DNA from: an uncultured Gammaproteobacteria bacterium
Lineage (GTDB): Bacteria; Pseudomonadota; Gammaproteobacteria; Chromatiales; Chromatiaceae
Direction: 5' to 3'
Assembly (NCBI GenBank): GCA_963695445.1
Contig: CAVOGV010000061.1
Span: 141,715 to 205,714 of the forward strand
DNA length: 64,000 nucleotides
A program made the translations under genes and the position numbers. Below are positions 53,130 through 64,000 of the stretch, piece by piece (position 1 is the stretch's first letter; each line of letters starts with the position of its first letter). The notes under the pieces are model-generated. The model was not told where the DNA came from. It saw nothing but the letters and a program-made list of their open reading frames with translations, and made no database searches.

Positions 53130-56100
53130 GCGAACAGCAACCGCCCATGGAGACATCTGGAGACAACAACGGTGCTCGCGCTGTGCCGACAGCAGACACG
53201 GACGACATGCAAGCTGCCGGCGACGCCAACGCGGACGACGCGGCCGTGCCGAGTCGACCCCGGCGCCGCTGGCGTCCGCTGCGCCTGCTGCTGAGCCTGG
53301 TTTTGCAGCTGCTGATCTTGATTCTGCTGTTGCTCGGCTTCGTGCTGGGCACGCAAACCGGACTACGCGCGGCCATTGCCGTGGCCGAGGATCTGGCCCC
53401 GGATGTGCTGCAGGTCGGCCGTGTCGAGGGTCGAATTCTGGGCGAACTGCGCCTCCAGGGGCTGAAGCTCGACCTGCCGGGCCTCGCGCTGGATCTCGGG
53501 CAGCTGCATCTCGACTGGAGCCCCGGCTCGCTGTTCGGCGGCACGCTGCGGATCAGCGATCTGTCGGCGCGCGACATCGACATCGTCGTCGAGCCCGGCC
53601 CGGAAAAGGAGTCCGAGCCCTTCGAGCTGCCGCAGATCGAGCTGCCCATCGGCATCGATATCGAGCGCGTGCTGGTCGAGCGGCTCAGTTTCAGCCAGAC
53701 CGGCGCCGCGCCGGAGGCGGCGATCCGACTCGAACGCGCCGAGCTGTCCGCGACGGCGCTGGGCGATACCGTGGATCTCCGCCGCCTCGATGCACAGATG
53801 GCGCAACCAGAGGTGACCGCCGAGGTCAAGGGCAACGCCCGCCTCACCGGCGATTATCCCATCGACCTGAGCCTCGACTGGCAGTTCAAGCAGGCCCCGG
53901 CGCTGGCTCTGACCGGCGCCGGCAAGGTGACGGGGGATTTGGCCGCGCTGCACGTCAGCCATCGCATCACCGGCTCCGCGGACCTGACGCTGGACGCGGA
54001 CCTGCGCGACGTGCTGAGCGCCCCGTCCTGGAACGGCAACATCCGCGTCGACGAGGTGCGCTTGCCGGAGATCGTCGCGGACGCACCGCCAGTGAACCTC
54101 AAGGCCGAGCTGAAGACCGACGGCGACCTCGACCAGGCGCGCTTGACCGGCAGTCTGTCCGGCTGACGCCCCGGAGCTACCGGACGTCGGCCAACTCAGC
54201 GCCGAATTGGACTTGGGTTGGTCCGGCAAGATCCTCGCGATCGATGCCCTCCGGCTCAATGAGACCCAATCCGACGCCATGCTCGACCTCGCCGGCACGC
54301 TGGACCTGAACGGCGCGCAGCCGGCGTTCGTCCTCGCAGGTGTCTGGGAGCGTCTGCGCTGGCCCCTGACCGGCGACGCGCTGGCCGAATCGCCCCAGGG
54401 CAAGCTCGATGTCGACGGCGATCTCGATTCCTTCCGCTACGCGCTGACGGCGCAAGCCTTTGGTCAGCAGATCCCGGAGACCAGTCTGACCCTGACCGGC
54501 ACCGGCGACACCGCGGGCACCAAGCTAGAGCAATTGCTGCTGGAGACCCTTGGTGGCCGCGTTGAAGGCAAAGGCAGTGCCGCGTGGTCGCCGGCCCTGA
54601 CCTGGGACATGGCCCTGAATGCCGCCGACATCGACCCCGGCCTGCAGTGGGCAGGTCTCGAGGGCAAGATTGCGTTGAAGGCCGACAGCAGCGGCGGCCT
54701 CGACGACGGCTTCACCTATCAGGCCAAGCTCGACGCCGCGCTCGCCGCCTATCCAGCGGCGGTCGTGAACCTGACCGGCACCGGCACCGGCGAGCGCGCG
54801 CGGATCGACGCCCTCAACATCGAGACCCTCGGCGGCGGCATCGACGGCAGCGGCGAGGTCGCCTGGGCGCCCGCATTGACCTGGGACCTGAAGCTGAACG
54901 CCAACGACCTCGATCCCGGCCGCCAGTATCCGGGCCTGGACGGGCGCGTCGCGCTGGACCTGATCAGCAGCGGTGGACTGGAGCAGGGCTTCAGTTATAG
55001 CGCAAAGGGCAACGCGAACCTGACCGCCTATCCGCCCGCGGTGCTGGATATCGCCGGCACGGGCGGCGCCGACAGCACCAAGCTAGAGACCCTGGCGGTG
55101 CAGTTGCTCGGCGGTCGTATCGACGGCGCCGCGGAGGTCGCCTGGGCGCCGGAGCTGAGCTGGAGCACGGCGCTGACGGCGAAGGACCTCGACCCCGGCA
55201 AACTGCTAGCGGACTGGCCCGGACGCATCGGCGGGCGCATCGAGAGCAACGGCAAGCTCACCGAGACCGGCCCGGACCTGACCGCGCGCATCATCGACTT
55301 CGGCGGCGACCTGCGCGGCTATCCGGTGCGGCTCGAGGCCGATGCCGCGGTGCGTGGTGAGGAGGTCGAGCTGCGCCGGCTGCAGGCCAACTCCGGCGCA
55401 ACGCGCCTGAGTGCCGACGGGCGCCTGACCGATCGGCTCGACTTCCGTTTCGATTTCGAACTCGCCGGACCTCGGCACGCTGCTGCCGGACGCCAAGGGA
55501 AGCCTCAGCGCCGATGGCCGCGTCGGCGGGACGCTGACCGCGCCCAGCATCGCGCTGTCGTTGGACGGGCGCGATGTCGAGGTGAGCGGGCAGGGCATCG
55601 AGCGCATCGCCGGGCAGGCCGATGTGGGGCTGGGCGAGGGCGGGGTCTTCAAGATCGACATCAACGGCGCAAACCTGTTCGCTGGCGGCCAACGCTTCGA
55701 GACCTTGGGCATCCAAGGCAACGGCAGCATGGCCGCGCACAGCCTAGCGGTCAGCGTCGATGGCGAGCAGCTGTCGCTTGCGTTGAGCGCCGATGGTGCG
55801 CTGGCGGACGCCGGCGCCTATTCCGGCGCGTTACAACGCCTGGTGCTGACCACGCAAGAATTCGGCGCTTGGAGTCTGCAACAGCCCGGCACGCTTCAGC
55901 ATCGACCAGGGCCGCATCGCCGCCGGACCGCTGTGCATCGGCAATGGCAACGACTCTGGTGCCTGCGCCGCCTTCGAACAACAGCAACCCGGGCGCTTCG
56001 ATGTCAGCCTGGACGCCGAGCGCATCGGGTTGGAGATACTCAATCCGGTGCTGCCGGAACTGACGGATGATGAATGGTTTCGTCCGCGCCAAGGCCAAGT

Positions 56101-57503
56101 TCCGGGGCGAGGGCAACGTGCTGACCGGCGGCGCCCAGGTCCAGTTGCCCACCGGCGAGATCGAGATCGCGCTGCCGGACACCAAGGACAAACTGGTGTT
56201 CTCCGGCACCGGGCTCGACCTGCGCGCGACCGCCGCGGGTCTGAACGCAACACTGGTATTTCCGCTGGAAGGGGTCGGTCGCGTCGATGGCAAGGTGTCG
56301 GTGCCCGGCTTCAGCCTCGCTGGCGGCGGCGACCCGGCCCTGCGCGGCGCCGTCGACATCCGCCTCACGAACCTGTCGCGCATCTCCAATCTGGTGCCGG
56401 ACCTGACCGACGTCACCGGGGCTATCGACGGCGATATCGATTTGAGCGGCACCCTCGGCAAGCCCGCGATCCGCGGCGCACTCAGCCTGCGCCAGGTCGG
56501 CCTGAAAGTCCCGCTGATCGGCCTGGTGATTAGCGACACCAATCTGACGATCGAGTCTCAAGGTGCGAATTCGCTCAGCGTTGACGGCGGTGCCCTGATC
56601 GGCGGTGGGCGGCTCGGTATCAACGGCAGCGGGCAGATCCTCGATCAAGGCCTGAGTGCCAAGGTCAACATCACCGGCGACAAGCTCAAGGTGGCTGATA
56701 GCAAGGAATATTTCGCGCTGTTGTCGACGGATCTGAAGGCCGGCGTCGGTCCGGGTGGCGCTGCCATCCAGGGCGAGATCGTCATACCCGAGGCCCGGAT
56801 CATGCCGCGCACCATCCCGGCCGGTGCCATCCAGCCATCGCCGGACGTGGTGATGGAGGACCAGGCTACCAAGCCGGAAGCGCTGCCGCTGCACATCGAC
56901 GTGCTAGCCAAGCTGGGCGACCGGGTCAGCATCGACGCCTTCGGACTGCGCGGGCTGTTGCGCGGCAATCTGCGTATCACCAAGCTGCCGAACAAGGGCA
57001 TCGTCGGCGACGGCCAACTCGAGGTGGTCGACGGCACCTATCGCGTCTCCATCCCCGGCTTGGGGCTGGTCACCGCCATCGGCAAACCGCTGACCATCAA
57101 GCAAGGCATCGTGGTGTTCGCCAAGACCCCCATCGACAACCCCGGGCTGATCCTGAATGCGGTTCGCGACGGCGGCGATGTCACCGCCGGGGTGCGCGTG
57201 CTCGGCACCATCAAGAACCCCAAGCTGGCCTTTTTCTCGGAGTCGGACCCGAATCTGACCCAGTCCGAGATCACCACCTATCTGGTGACTGGCGTGCCGC
57301 CGAAACGCGGTGCCGGCAAGGATGAGCAGGCGTTATCGGTGGGCACCTACGTCGCCCCCAAGTTGTTCATGGAGTACGAGAGTAGCCTCGGCGATCAAGC
57401 CGATAAGGTTAAGATGCGCTATGAGCTCACCAAGAGCATCGAGTTGCAGACCGAGACCGGCGACAGCCAGGGCGGGGACATCTTTTTCAAGTTCGAGAAC
57501 TGA
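53126..57503 (+). CDS. tamB: Translocation and assembly module TamB; four +1 frame breaks (~54164, ~55460, ~55895, ~56065)
   Basis: N-terminal TM (LGTQTGLR), long beta-rich body, DUF490-like end (DNPGL..GGDIFFKFE); overlaps tamA stop. Confidence 0.9.
54492..55240 (+). repeat. Internal 279-nt (93-aa) tandem repeat x3 within tamB
   Basis: Units begin at 54492, 54771, 55050: (L/I)xGTG..LGG..G..AW.P.L.W..L.A.D(I/L)DPG. Confidence 0.85.
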
Positions 57504-57543
57504 GGCCAAGGGCAGAATTGGCGCGGTCCGTCACCACACCTCG

Positions 57544-57958
57544 ATGACGTCGAGTAGTCCTTCGCGTTGGAGCATTCACCGGCTGCTCGTCCTGACCGGG
57601 GCGCTGGTACTCGCGCCTGTCGCCGGTTCGGCACAGCCGGAGTCTCCGCCGACGGGACAAGCTGTCATCGGTTTCGATCTGTCCCAGTTGGACGCCGATG
57701 GCTTGACTGGTGCTGATGATGGCAAACGGGCTATCGACTACGAATACTGTATTCCGGACACGGCCAGCGCCGAGGCCGAGGTTCGGGCGATCGACCCAAC
57801 CGCACGCATCATGGCCGGGTCCCGTGGCCGCGTCGGCTGCATGCAGGGTGCAGGTATTGGTGCTCGGCACGACCCACCAGCCCGATTTCCGCGCGGTGCT
57901 GCACCGCCTGGCCGAACTCGCCTACGTGCACCGGATCGAGCAGGCGTATTTTGAGTAG
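57544..57958 (+). CDS. Secreted hypothetical protein; +1 frame break near 57845
   Basis: Signal peptide; FDLSQLDADGL..YEYCIP..SRGRVGC then QVLVLGTTHQP..IEQAYFE. Confidence 0.7.
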
Positions 57959-57965
57959 CCCAATC

Positions 57966-58036
57966 GTAGGGGCGAATTCATTCGCCCAGCACCGTTCGAC
58001 CCGACGGCAAGTCACCGGGCGAATGAATTCGCCCCT
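57966..58036. repeat. GTAG-family REP doublet (REPIN-like)
   Basis: GTAGGGGCGAATTCATTCGCCC and inverted GGGCGAATGAATTCGCCCCT. Confidence 0.85.
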
Positions 58037-58076
58037 CGCCTTGTCTCAACGCCTTCGGCGTTGGACAGTTGCTCGC

Positions 58077-59040
58077 ATGATCGATCCCCGTCTGCTCGGA
58101 CCTCGACACTGGCCAGCCTGGCTCGCGGTCGGCTCGTTTCGGTTGTTGGCCTTGCTACCGTTTCGCTGGCAGGCGGCGCTGGGACGCGGGTTCGGGGCGC
58201 TCGGTTACCGGTTGCTTCGCGAGTCGGCGCGATGTCGCCCGCATCAATCTGCGGATCTGCCTGCCGGACTTGTCCGACGCCGAGCGCGAGGCGTTGCTGC
58301 GCGAGCACTTCGGCTGGCTCGGCTTGGCCGCCGTGTGCCAGGGCCTGAGTTGGGCGGCGCCGGTCGAGCGGCTGCAACGGATCATCAAGATCCGCAACCG
58401 GACGTTCATCGACCGCTGTATCGCCGAGAAGCGCCCCGTCATCGTGCTGGTGCCACACTTCATGGGCCTGGAGCTGGCCGGCACCGGATTCACCGCGCTG
58501 GTGCATCCTGGCATGTACATGTATCAGCGCATCCGCAACCCGGTCATCGACGCGGTCGTCAATCACGGCCGCACCCGCTTTGGCAGCATCCCGGTGGAGC
58601 GTCAGGACGATCTGCGCGGACTGGTCAGGCAGATGAAGCGCGGCACGCCCTTCTTCTACCTGCCGGATCAGGACCCAGGCCGGCGGCGCGGACTGTTCGT
58701 GCCGTTCTGCGGCATTCCCACCGCGACGGTGCCGACGCTGGGTCGCATTGCGCGGCTCGCGGGCGCGGTGGTGATTCCGACCTTCGCCCGTTTCCTGCCG
58801 AACGGCGAGGGCGTGGAACTGATCTTCGACCCGCCGCTGAGCGCGTTTCCGAGCGGTGACGCCCAGGCTGATACCGCGGCCATGAATCGGGTCATCGAGA
58901 CCCGTATGCACGACATGCCGGCCCAGTATTTCTGGGTACATCGGCGTTTCAAGACCCGGCCTGAGGGCGAGCCCGCGGTCTACCCGGAGTCCGCGCGTCG
59001 TCGCCGCCGCAAGGCACGACGCGCGCGTCGACAACGATGA
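58077..59040 (+). CDS. Lipid A late acyltransferase (LpxL/HtrB family); +1 frame break near 58230
   Basis: PRHWPAWL, ARINL..C.P, PHFMGLE, YLPDQD, PAQYFWVHRRFKTRP. Confidence 0.9.
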
Positions 59041-59070
59041 ACCCATCAATGCGGCAAACCACGTAGCAGC

Positions 59071-60054
59071 ATGAACGCTCAGACCGACAACTCCGAAACA
59101 ACCCGTGCTCAGGAATCCGTCGCTTCACGCCCGCGCCGGCCACGACTGGGTCGCCCACGCGACTGGCTGATCGGTGCCGCGCTGTTGGCGGGGCTGGTCA
59201 TCGCCGTCCACAAGAGCGTTGGCTGGGGCACGCTGCTGTCGCCGTGGCTGACCCTATCGCCCTGGCTGCTGGCGGCGGCCTTCGTGCTTACGGCGCTGAG
59301 CTATGTGTTGCGGGCGGTGCGGGTGTACGACTTTTTCGGTGATCTGGTGCGCGGGCGTTTCATCGCCGTGCTGCGTCTGTCCGTGCTGCACAACACTGCC
59401 AACAATCTGCTGCCGATGCGCACCGGCGAAATGCTGTTTCCGTGGCTGATGAGCCGATACTTCGGCCATGGCTTTCTCGCCGCCGGAGCGTCGCTGCTCT
59501 GGATCAGACTGCTTGATCTGCACGTGCTGGGTTTGGCCGGTCTGCTGGTGTTGTGGCTGCGTGATCCGGCCTGGCTTTGGCTGTTCGCGGCACTGATGTG
59601 GGTCGGATTGCTGCCCCTGACGGCCATGCTGATTCAGTACGCCGCCAAGACCAAGGGAGGCAGCGGTCGGCTTTGGCGCATCGCCCGATTCGTGGCCGAG
59701 TCCGGTCCGGCGCGACCGGCGCTGATCGGCCGGCTGTATCTCTGGACCAGCCTCACCTGGCTGTTGAAATTGGCGGCCTTTGCCGCGGTATTGCGGCACT
59801 TCGTGGCGGTGGATTTCTGGAAGGTACTGGCCGGCGTGCTGGGTGCAGAGCTCTCGTCCGTGTTGCCGTTTCATGGCATCGCCGGCGCTGGCTCTTACGA
59901 ACTCGCCACCGTGGCGGCCATGGTGCCGTTCGGCGTCAGCGCCACCGACGCCCTGACCGGCGCCGTGAACCTGCACCTGTTCGTGCTCGGCACGACGCTG
60001 ATCCTGGGGCTGTTGGCGCTGCTGATCCCGCGCGGTCAGACGGCAACCGACTGA
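59071..60054 (+). CDS. Lysylphosphatidylglycerol-synthase TM-domain (UPF0104) membrane protein
   Basis: Multiple TMs; NNLLPMRTGE, RLLD, GAGSYE. Confidence 0.8.
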   Translation: MNAQTDNSETTRAQESVASRPRRPRLGRPRDWLIGAALLAGLVIAVHKSVGWGTLLSPWLTLSPWLLAAAFVLTALSYVLRAVRVYDFFGDLVRGRFIAVLRLSVLHNTANNLLPMRTGEMLFPWLMSRYFGHGFLAAGASLLWIRLLDLHVLGLAGLLVLWLRDPAWLWLFAALMWVGLLPLTAMLIQYAAKTKGGSGRLWRIARFVAESGPARPALIGRLYLWTSLTWLLKLAAFAAVLRHFVAVDFWKVLAGVLGAELSSVLPFHGIAGAGSYELATVAAMVPFGVSATDALTGAVNLHLFVLGTTLILGLLALLIPRGQTATD

Positions 60055-60182
60055 CCCTTGCCGGCAATGTTGCTGAAAAATGAAGGAAATATGACGAGTT
60101 CAGGGTGGCGGCCGACGGCGTTCTGCGTCTAGCCTAGTCCCGCAGCACCGTAGCTGACGTCAAGACAACGAGAACACGCCAT

Positions 60183-61259
60183 ATGAACATGAACCGATGC
60201 TGCCGGGCACTCCTGCCGGGACTCGCGCTGACGCTGCTGGTCGCCGTTGCCGCCGGGTCCGCCCGCGCGCAGACGTCGGCAGCGCAGGACGAGCAAGCGC
60301 CGATCAAACTGACTGGTGCCGGGGCGAGTTTCCCGGCACCGCTATACCTGCGCTGGTTTCGCGACTACTACAAGCAACATCCGACCATCAAGATCGACTA
60401 TCAGAGCACCAGCAGCAGTGGCGGCATCAGGGACTTGATCAGCGATCGCATCGACTTCGCCGGCTCTGATCTGCGCCTGAACGAAGAGCAGCAGGCGCAG
60501 GTGCGCGGCGGCGTGCGCCAGGTACCCATGACGGCCGGCGCCATCGTGCTGGTCTATAACCTCGATGGTGTGACCGACCTAAAGCTCTCCCGGGATGCCG
60601 TCGTGGGCATCCTGACCGGTCGCATCGAGCGCTGGAACGACCCGCTGATCGCAAAAGACAACCCCGGGGCGCCCTTGCCCGACCACGACATCAGCGTCGT
60701 TGTGCGCGGCGACGGGAGCGGCACCACCTATCACCTGACGCGCCATCTGAGCGCGGCGAGTCCGGAGTTTGCGCAGGCCATCGGTACCACGATGCGACCG
60801 AACTGGCCGAAGTCCCTGCAGCAGCGCGGCATGTTGATCAAAGGCAACGGTAATGACGGCGTGGCCGCCTTCGTGCGCGCCATCCCGGCCTCGATCGGCT
60901 ACGTGCAATACGCCTATGGCTATCTGACCGGTATGAGCGTGGCCGCGTTGGAGAATCGTGCCGGCAATGTGATCGAACCCAACCAGGCCAGCTTCGAAGC
61001 GGCGCTCAATGCCATCAGCGCCGATCCCGATCCAAACGGCATCGCCGATCCCGGCGGCGACGATTCCTACCCGATCATCGCTCTGTCTTGGTTATTGCTG
61101 CGCAACGAGTATCAAGACCCGGCCAAACGCGAGGCATTACTCGACGTCATCGACTACGCGCTGGGCCCCGGGCAAGCAATGAGCGAAAAGCTCGGCTACA
61201 TTCGCTTCTCCGATCGCGCCAGGGAGTATGTCCGCGGCATCTTGGAGAAGGAAGACTAG
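60183..61259 (+). CDS. pstS: Phosphate-binding protein PstS
   Basis: GAGASFPAPLY, DFAGSD, RGDGSGTT, GNDGV, IGYV, YPI. Confidence 0.9.
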   Translation: MNMNRCCRALLPGLALTLLVAVAAGSARAQTSAAQDEQAPIKLTGAGASFPAPLYLRWFRDYYKQHPTIKIDYQSTSSSGGIRDLISDRIDFAGSDLRLNEEQQAQVRGGVRQVPMTAGAIVLVYNLDGVTDLKLSRDAVVGILTGRIERWNDPLIAKDNPGAPLPDHDISVVVRGDGSGTTYHLTRHLSAASPEFAQAIGTTMRPNWPKSLQQRGMLIKGNGNDGVAAFVRAIPASIGYVQYAYGYLTGMSVAALENRAGNVIEPNQASFEAALNAISADPDPNGIADPGGDDSYPIIALSWLLLRNEYQDPAKREALLDVIDYALGPGQAMSEKLGYIRFSDRAREYVRGILEKED

Positions 61260-61321
61260 GTGGCGCGAGGGCGCTGCATCTCCACGGATCAGTGTGCCGC
61301 GCCAACCAGCACCGACCATGA

Positions 61322-61352
61322 CTCATCGGTCTGAGGCATCGATTCCTTCGCT
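61322..61352 (-). repeat. Dispersed small repeat, copy 3 (inverted)
   Basis: Reverse complement reads AGCGAAGGAATCGATGCCTCAGACCGATGAG. Confidence 0.65.
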
Positions 61353-61477
61353 CAAAACCCGCGAACCGGTGCGTTTAAACCGCCAACCTGGTCCCGGTAT
61401 AGTGACGGTAGGGCGCGGACTCGACTCGCGCCGACCATCCTCACCGCCTCAACCGCCAAGCGCCGTGACCAAAGCTC

Positions 61478-61934
61478 ATGCCCCGTGATCCATCCCGCCC
61501 ATCATCCAGTGCCCCGGCCGATGCGCTGACCAACCCCACGGCCGATCACGACAAATTTCCTTGCCCCTGCTGCGGCCACCTGGTGCACGACCTGGTGCCG
61601 GGGTTCCATCAGGTCTGCCCCATCTGCGGCTGGGAAGACGACCTGACACAGCTACGTTTCCCGCAAATGCCCGGCAGCAGCAACACCGTCAGTCTGGCGG
61701 AGGCGCAACGCAACTACCGTAGCTACGGTGCCTCCGAGCGGCGCAACGCCGGCAACACCCGCACCCCCGTCGATGGCGAGAACGTTGAAGCAAACTGGCG
61801 TCCCCTCGACCCCGCCCTCGACAACATCGAGCAACCCACCCGCGGTGCAAGCTACGCCGACTCGTACCCCTGGCCTGATACCACGGTGCTTTACTACTGG
61901 CGCAGTACCTACTGGCGGCGGTCTTGCCAGCTGA
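61478..61934 (+). CDS. CPCC-family cysteine-rich protein (likely +1 break near 61921; uncorrected ORF runs to 62083)
   Basis: FPCPCCG..VCPICGWEDD..N.VSLAEAQRNY..GA. Confidence 0.8.
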
Positions 61935-62000
61935 CGCTCGCGCCCGCTCAGTCAACTGCCCCGCGCCGCCTGCAGACGTATCCGGCAACAGGAGAGTGTG

Positions 62001-62420
62001 ATGCTACTCAGGCACCTGTTACTCGCATTTTCGCTGCTGCTGACCATCTCTTCAGCCTCCGGGCAAATGGTCGTTACGCCTGAGAAGGGGAGCGAGGAAC
62101 GACAGCAAATCTTGGATGCCGCGCGCGTCAAGGTCGCTGCCGACCTGTCTTCTTCGGATAGCATCCTGTTCAGCGTCCAGGATCTCAGGGTTGCTGGTGA
62201 CTGGGCTTTGCTGCAGGCGCAACCGGTCACGGCGTCCGGTGAACCCATTCACATCGATTGCATCGAGGCGGACGAGATAACGCTCGTTCTGCTACGTTTG
62301 CGCAATGGCGCATGGCACGTGGAACGCGGCGGAACCACCTGTGCCAACGATGTCTTTTGGTTGGCATGGCAACAGGAGCTCGGTGCACCCGCGCAGCTCT
62401 TTGATCTGGGTGGCGACTGA
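62001..62420 (+). CDS. Secreted hypothetical protein
   Basis: Signal peptide; TPEKGSEERQQILDAAR..F.V..LRV.GDWA; two Cys; AGGAG RBS. Confidence 0.75.
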   Translation: MLLRHLLLAFSLLLTISSASGQMVVTPEKGSEERQQILDAARVKVAADLSSSDSILFSVQDLRVAGDWALLQAQPVTASGEPIHIDCIEADEITLVLLRLRNGAWHVERGGTTCANDVFWLAWQQELGAPAQLFDLGGD

Positions 62421-62581
62421 ACAGCCCTGCGACGAGTTGTTTGGACCGGGGCGGTCACGACCCGGTGGTTCCGCGCTGAATCGGTGCTGTCAGCGCCGCA
62501 GAAAACCCGGCTACAATGCAAACATCTCAGCGGTAACGAGACCTCAGGCGCCAGTGACTTCGTCATCGTTAGGAGATCATC

Positions 62582-63544
62582 ATGCCCATAGACCTCAATG
62601 CCCTTGACCAGCCCGACGCCCGGCTCGTTCAAGCGGGACTGAAGCATTTCGGATTCTACGACGGCACGCTGTTCGGCAAACCCGGGCCGAAAACGCGAGC
62701 CGCCTACGAGCGCTATCGCAACGGTGCCCCCAAGGACGTCGTTCCCGTGCCATCTGCGGAACTGCTGGCCTATCCGCGCACGGTCCGAGACGAGATCGAG
62801 TTCCCCGGCGACATCGCCGACGGGACGCGGGGGCGGAAGGCGCGGCGGGTTCAGGAGTGGCTGACCATTCAGGGATTCCGCACGGCGATCGACGATGATT
62901 TTGGACCCGCAACGAAACGCGCATTGGAGGCGTTTCAACGGGCGAGGGGGCTTGAGCAGACCGGCACAGTCGATGAGCAGAGCTGGCAGGCGCTTGTGGC
63001 GCCCATGGTCCGCGCGTTCTCGAAGACCGAGCCCGGCGACAGCTTCGGCGACACGGTGCTGCGCGTTGCCAAACAACATCTCAAAGAGCATCCGATCGAG
63101 CTTGGCGGTGCGAACTGCGGTCCCTGGGTGCGGGCCTACATGGACGGCAACCAAGGTGCGCCATGGGCCTGGTGCGCGGGTTTCGTCACCTTCGTGATGA
63201 AACAGGCCGCCGAGATTCACGGCGTCCCAGCGCCGATCAGCGGCTCCTTTTCATGCGACCTATTGGCGATGCAGGCAAAGGAGGCGGGGCGCTTCGTGTC
63301 TGAGCGTTCCATCGATACGACAACCGCGAATTGGTCTGACGACGCCCTCGGGTCTTGCTGCATTTTCCTCGTCAGACGCACTTCGCGCGACTGGACCCAT
63401 ACCGGATTCGCGTTTGATTATCGTGCCGACGGCACCTTTGCAACCATCGAGGGCAACACCAACGACGAGGGAAGCCGCGAGGGCTATGAGGTCTGCCAGC
63501 GCGCCAGGGGCCGCGGCAGCAAGGATTTCATTCGCCTGATCTGA
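62582..63544 (+). CDS. Peptidoglycan-binding domains + CHAP-like Cys/His amidase
   Basis: Two PG_binding_1-like repeats (DG..G.PGPKT; DDDFGPATKRAL..FQ..GL..TG.VD); WCAGFV, HTGF, TIEGNT. Confidence 0.8.
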   Translation: MPIDLNALDQPDARLVQAGLKHFGFYDGTLFGKPGPKTRAAYERYRNGAPKDVVPVPSAELLAYPRTVRDEIEFPGDIADGTRGRKARRVQEWLTIQGFRTAIDDDFGPATKRALEAFQRARGLEQTGTVDEQSWQALVAPMVRAFSKTEPGDSFGDTVLRVAKQHLKEHPIELGGANCGPWVRAYMDGNQGAPWAWCAGFVTFVMKQAAEIHGVPAPISGSFSCDLLAMQAKEAGRFVSERSIDTTTANWSDDALGSCCIFLVRRTSRDWTHTGFAFDYRADGTFATIEGNTNDEGSREGYEVCQRARGRGSKDFIRLI

Positions 63545-63577
63545 CTGCCTCGTTGACCGTCCATAGCCGTTCATGCA

Positions 63578-64000
63578 TTGAAAATCGTCCTCGCCCCCAA
63601 CGCCCTGAAAGGCAGCTGCACCGCGAGTGCCGCCGCCGCCGCACTCGCGGCCGGTGTCGCCCGCGCGCTGCCGGATGCCGAGTTGGTTCAGGTGCCGGTG
63701 GCGGACGGTGGCGACGGGCTGGTTGATGTCTTGACCCAGGCATTGCGTGGGGAATCGCGACCCTATCGGGTGACGGGCCCTGGCTTCGACTCCGGTCGAT
63801 GCCGAGCTGACCTGGATCGCCGCGCAACGCACCGCGGTGATCGAAATGGCACTGGCCAGCGGCCTGGCGTTGCTGGCCGAAGCCGACCGCGATCCGACGG
63901 CGACGACGACGTTGGGTACCGGCGAGTTGATGCGCCATGCGCTGGCACTCGGTGCGGAGAAACTGGTCGTCGGGATCGGTGGCAGCGCCACGAATGACGG
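63578..64000 (+). CDS. Glycerate kinase, N-terminal part; +1 break near 63790
   Basis: KIVLAPNALKGS, PVADGGDG, then AVIEMALASGL, GIGGSATNDG. Confidence 0.9.

Noticed and set aside
62582-63544. Prophage lysis module
   Set aside because: No holin, spanin, integrase or structural genes nearby

Overview
High-GC gammaproteobacterial chromosome segment, most likely a purple sulfur bacterium (Chromatiaceae-like). This is inferred from an SgpC-type sulfur-globule protein and the gene content. 1-29.5 kb is housekeeping: queG(partial)<>nnr-tsaE-amiC-mutL-miaA-hfq-hflXKC-DUF2065-hisZ-purA, then oadGAB, then yceD-rpmF-plsX-fabHDG-acpP-fabF-pabC-mltG-tmk-holB-pilZ-tatD. 29.6-64 kb is more accessory: PPK2/PAP, thioesterase, class V PLP enzyme, 2Fe-2S reductase, SDR, orphan Rap1a-like protein with twin glycine-zipper lipoproteins, permease-HMA, RRM protein, ubiD, two degenerate GT4-like genes followed by a hybrid kinase (Hpt) and a LuxO/SypG-like sigma54 activator, SgpC, glk with a coupled BacNav channel, tamAB, lpxL, pstS, a CPCC / secreted protein / PG-binding-CHAP trio, and partial glycerate kinase. 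About 20 reading-frame breaks are all +1, which points to sequencing insertion errors rather than pseudogenes. The best candidate for an undescribed system is the 40.5-48 kb sigma54 module, whose GT-like genes have lost catalytic motifs by substitution. Its upstream region shares an ungapped 57-bp element with the Rap1a promoter region. No rRNA, tRNA, CRISPR, transposase or phage structural genes were seen. Family assignments come from motif recognition only; no database searches were run.
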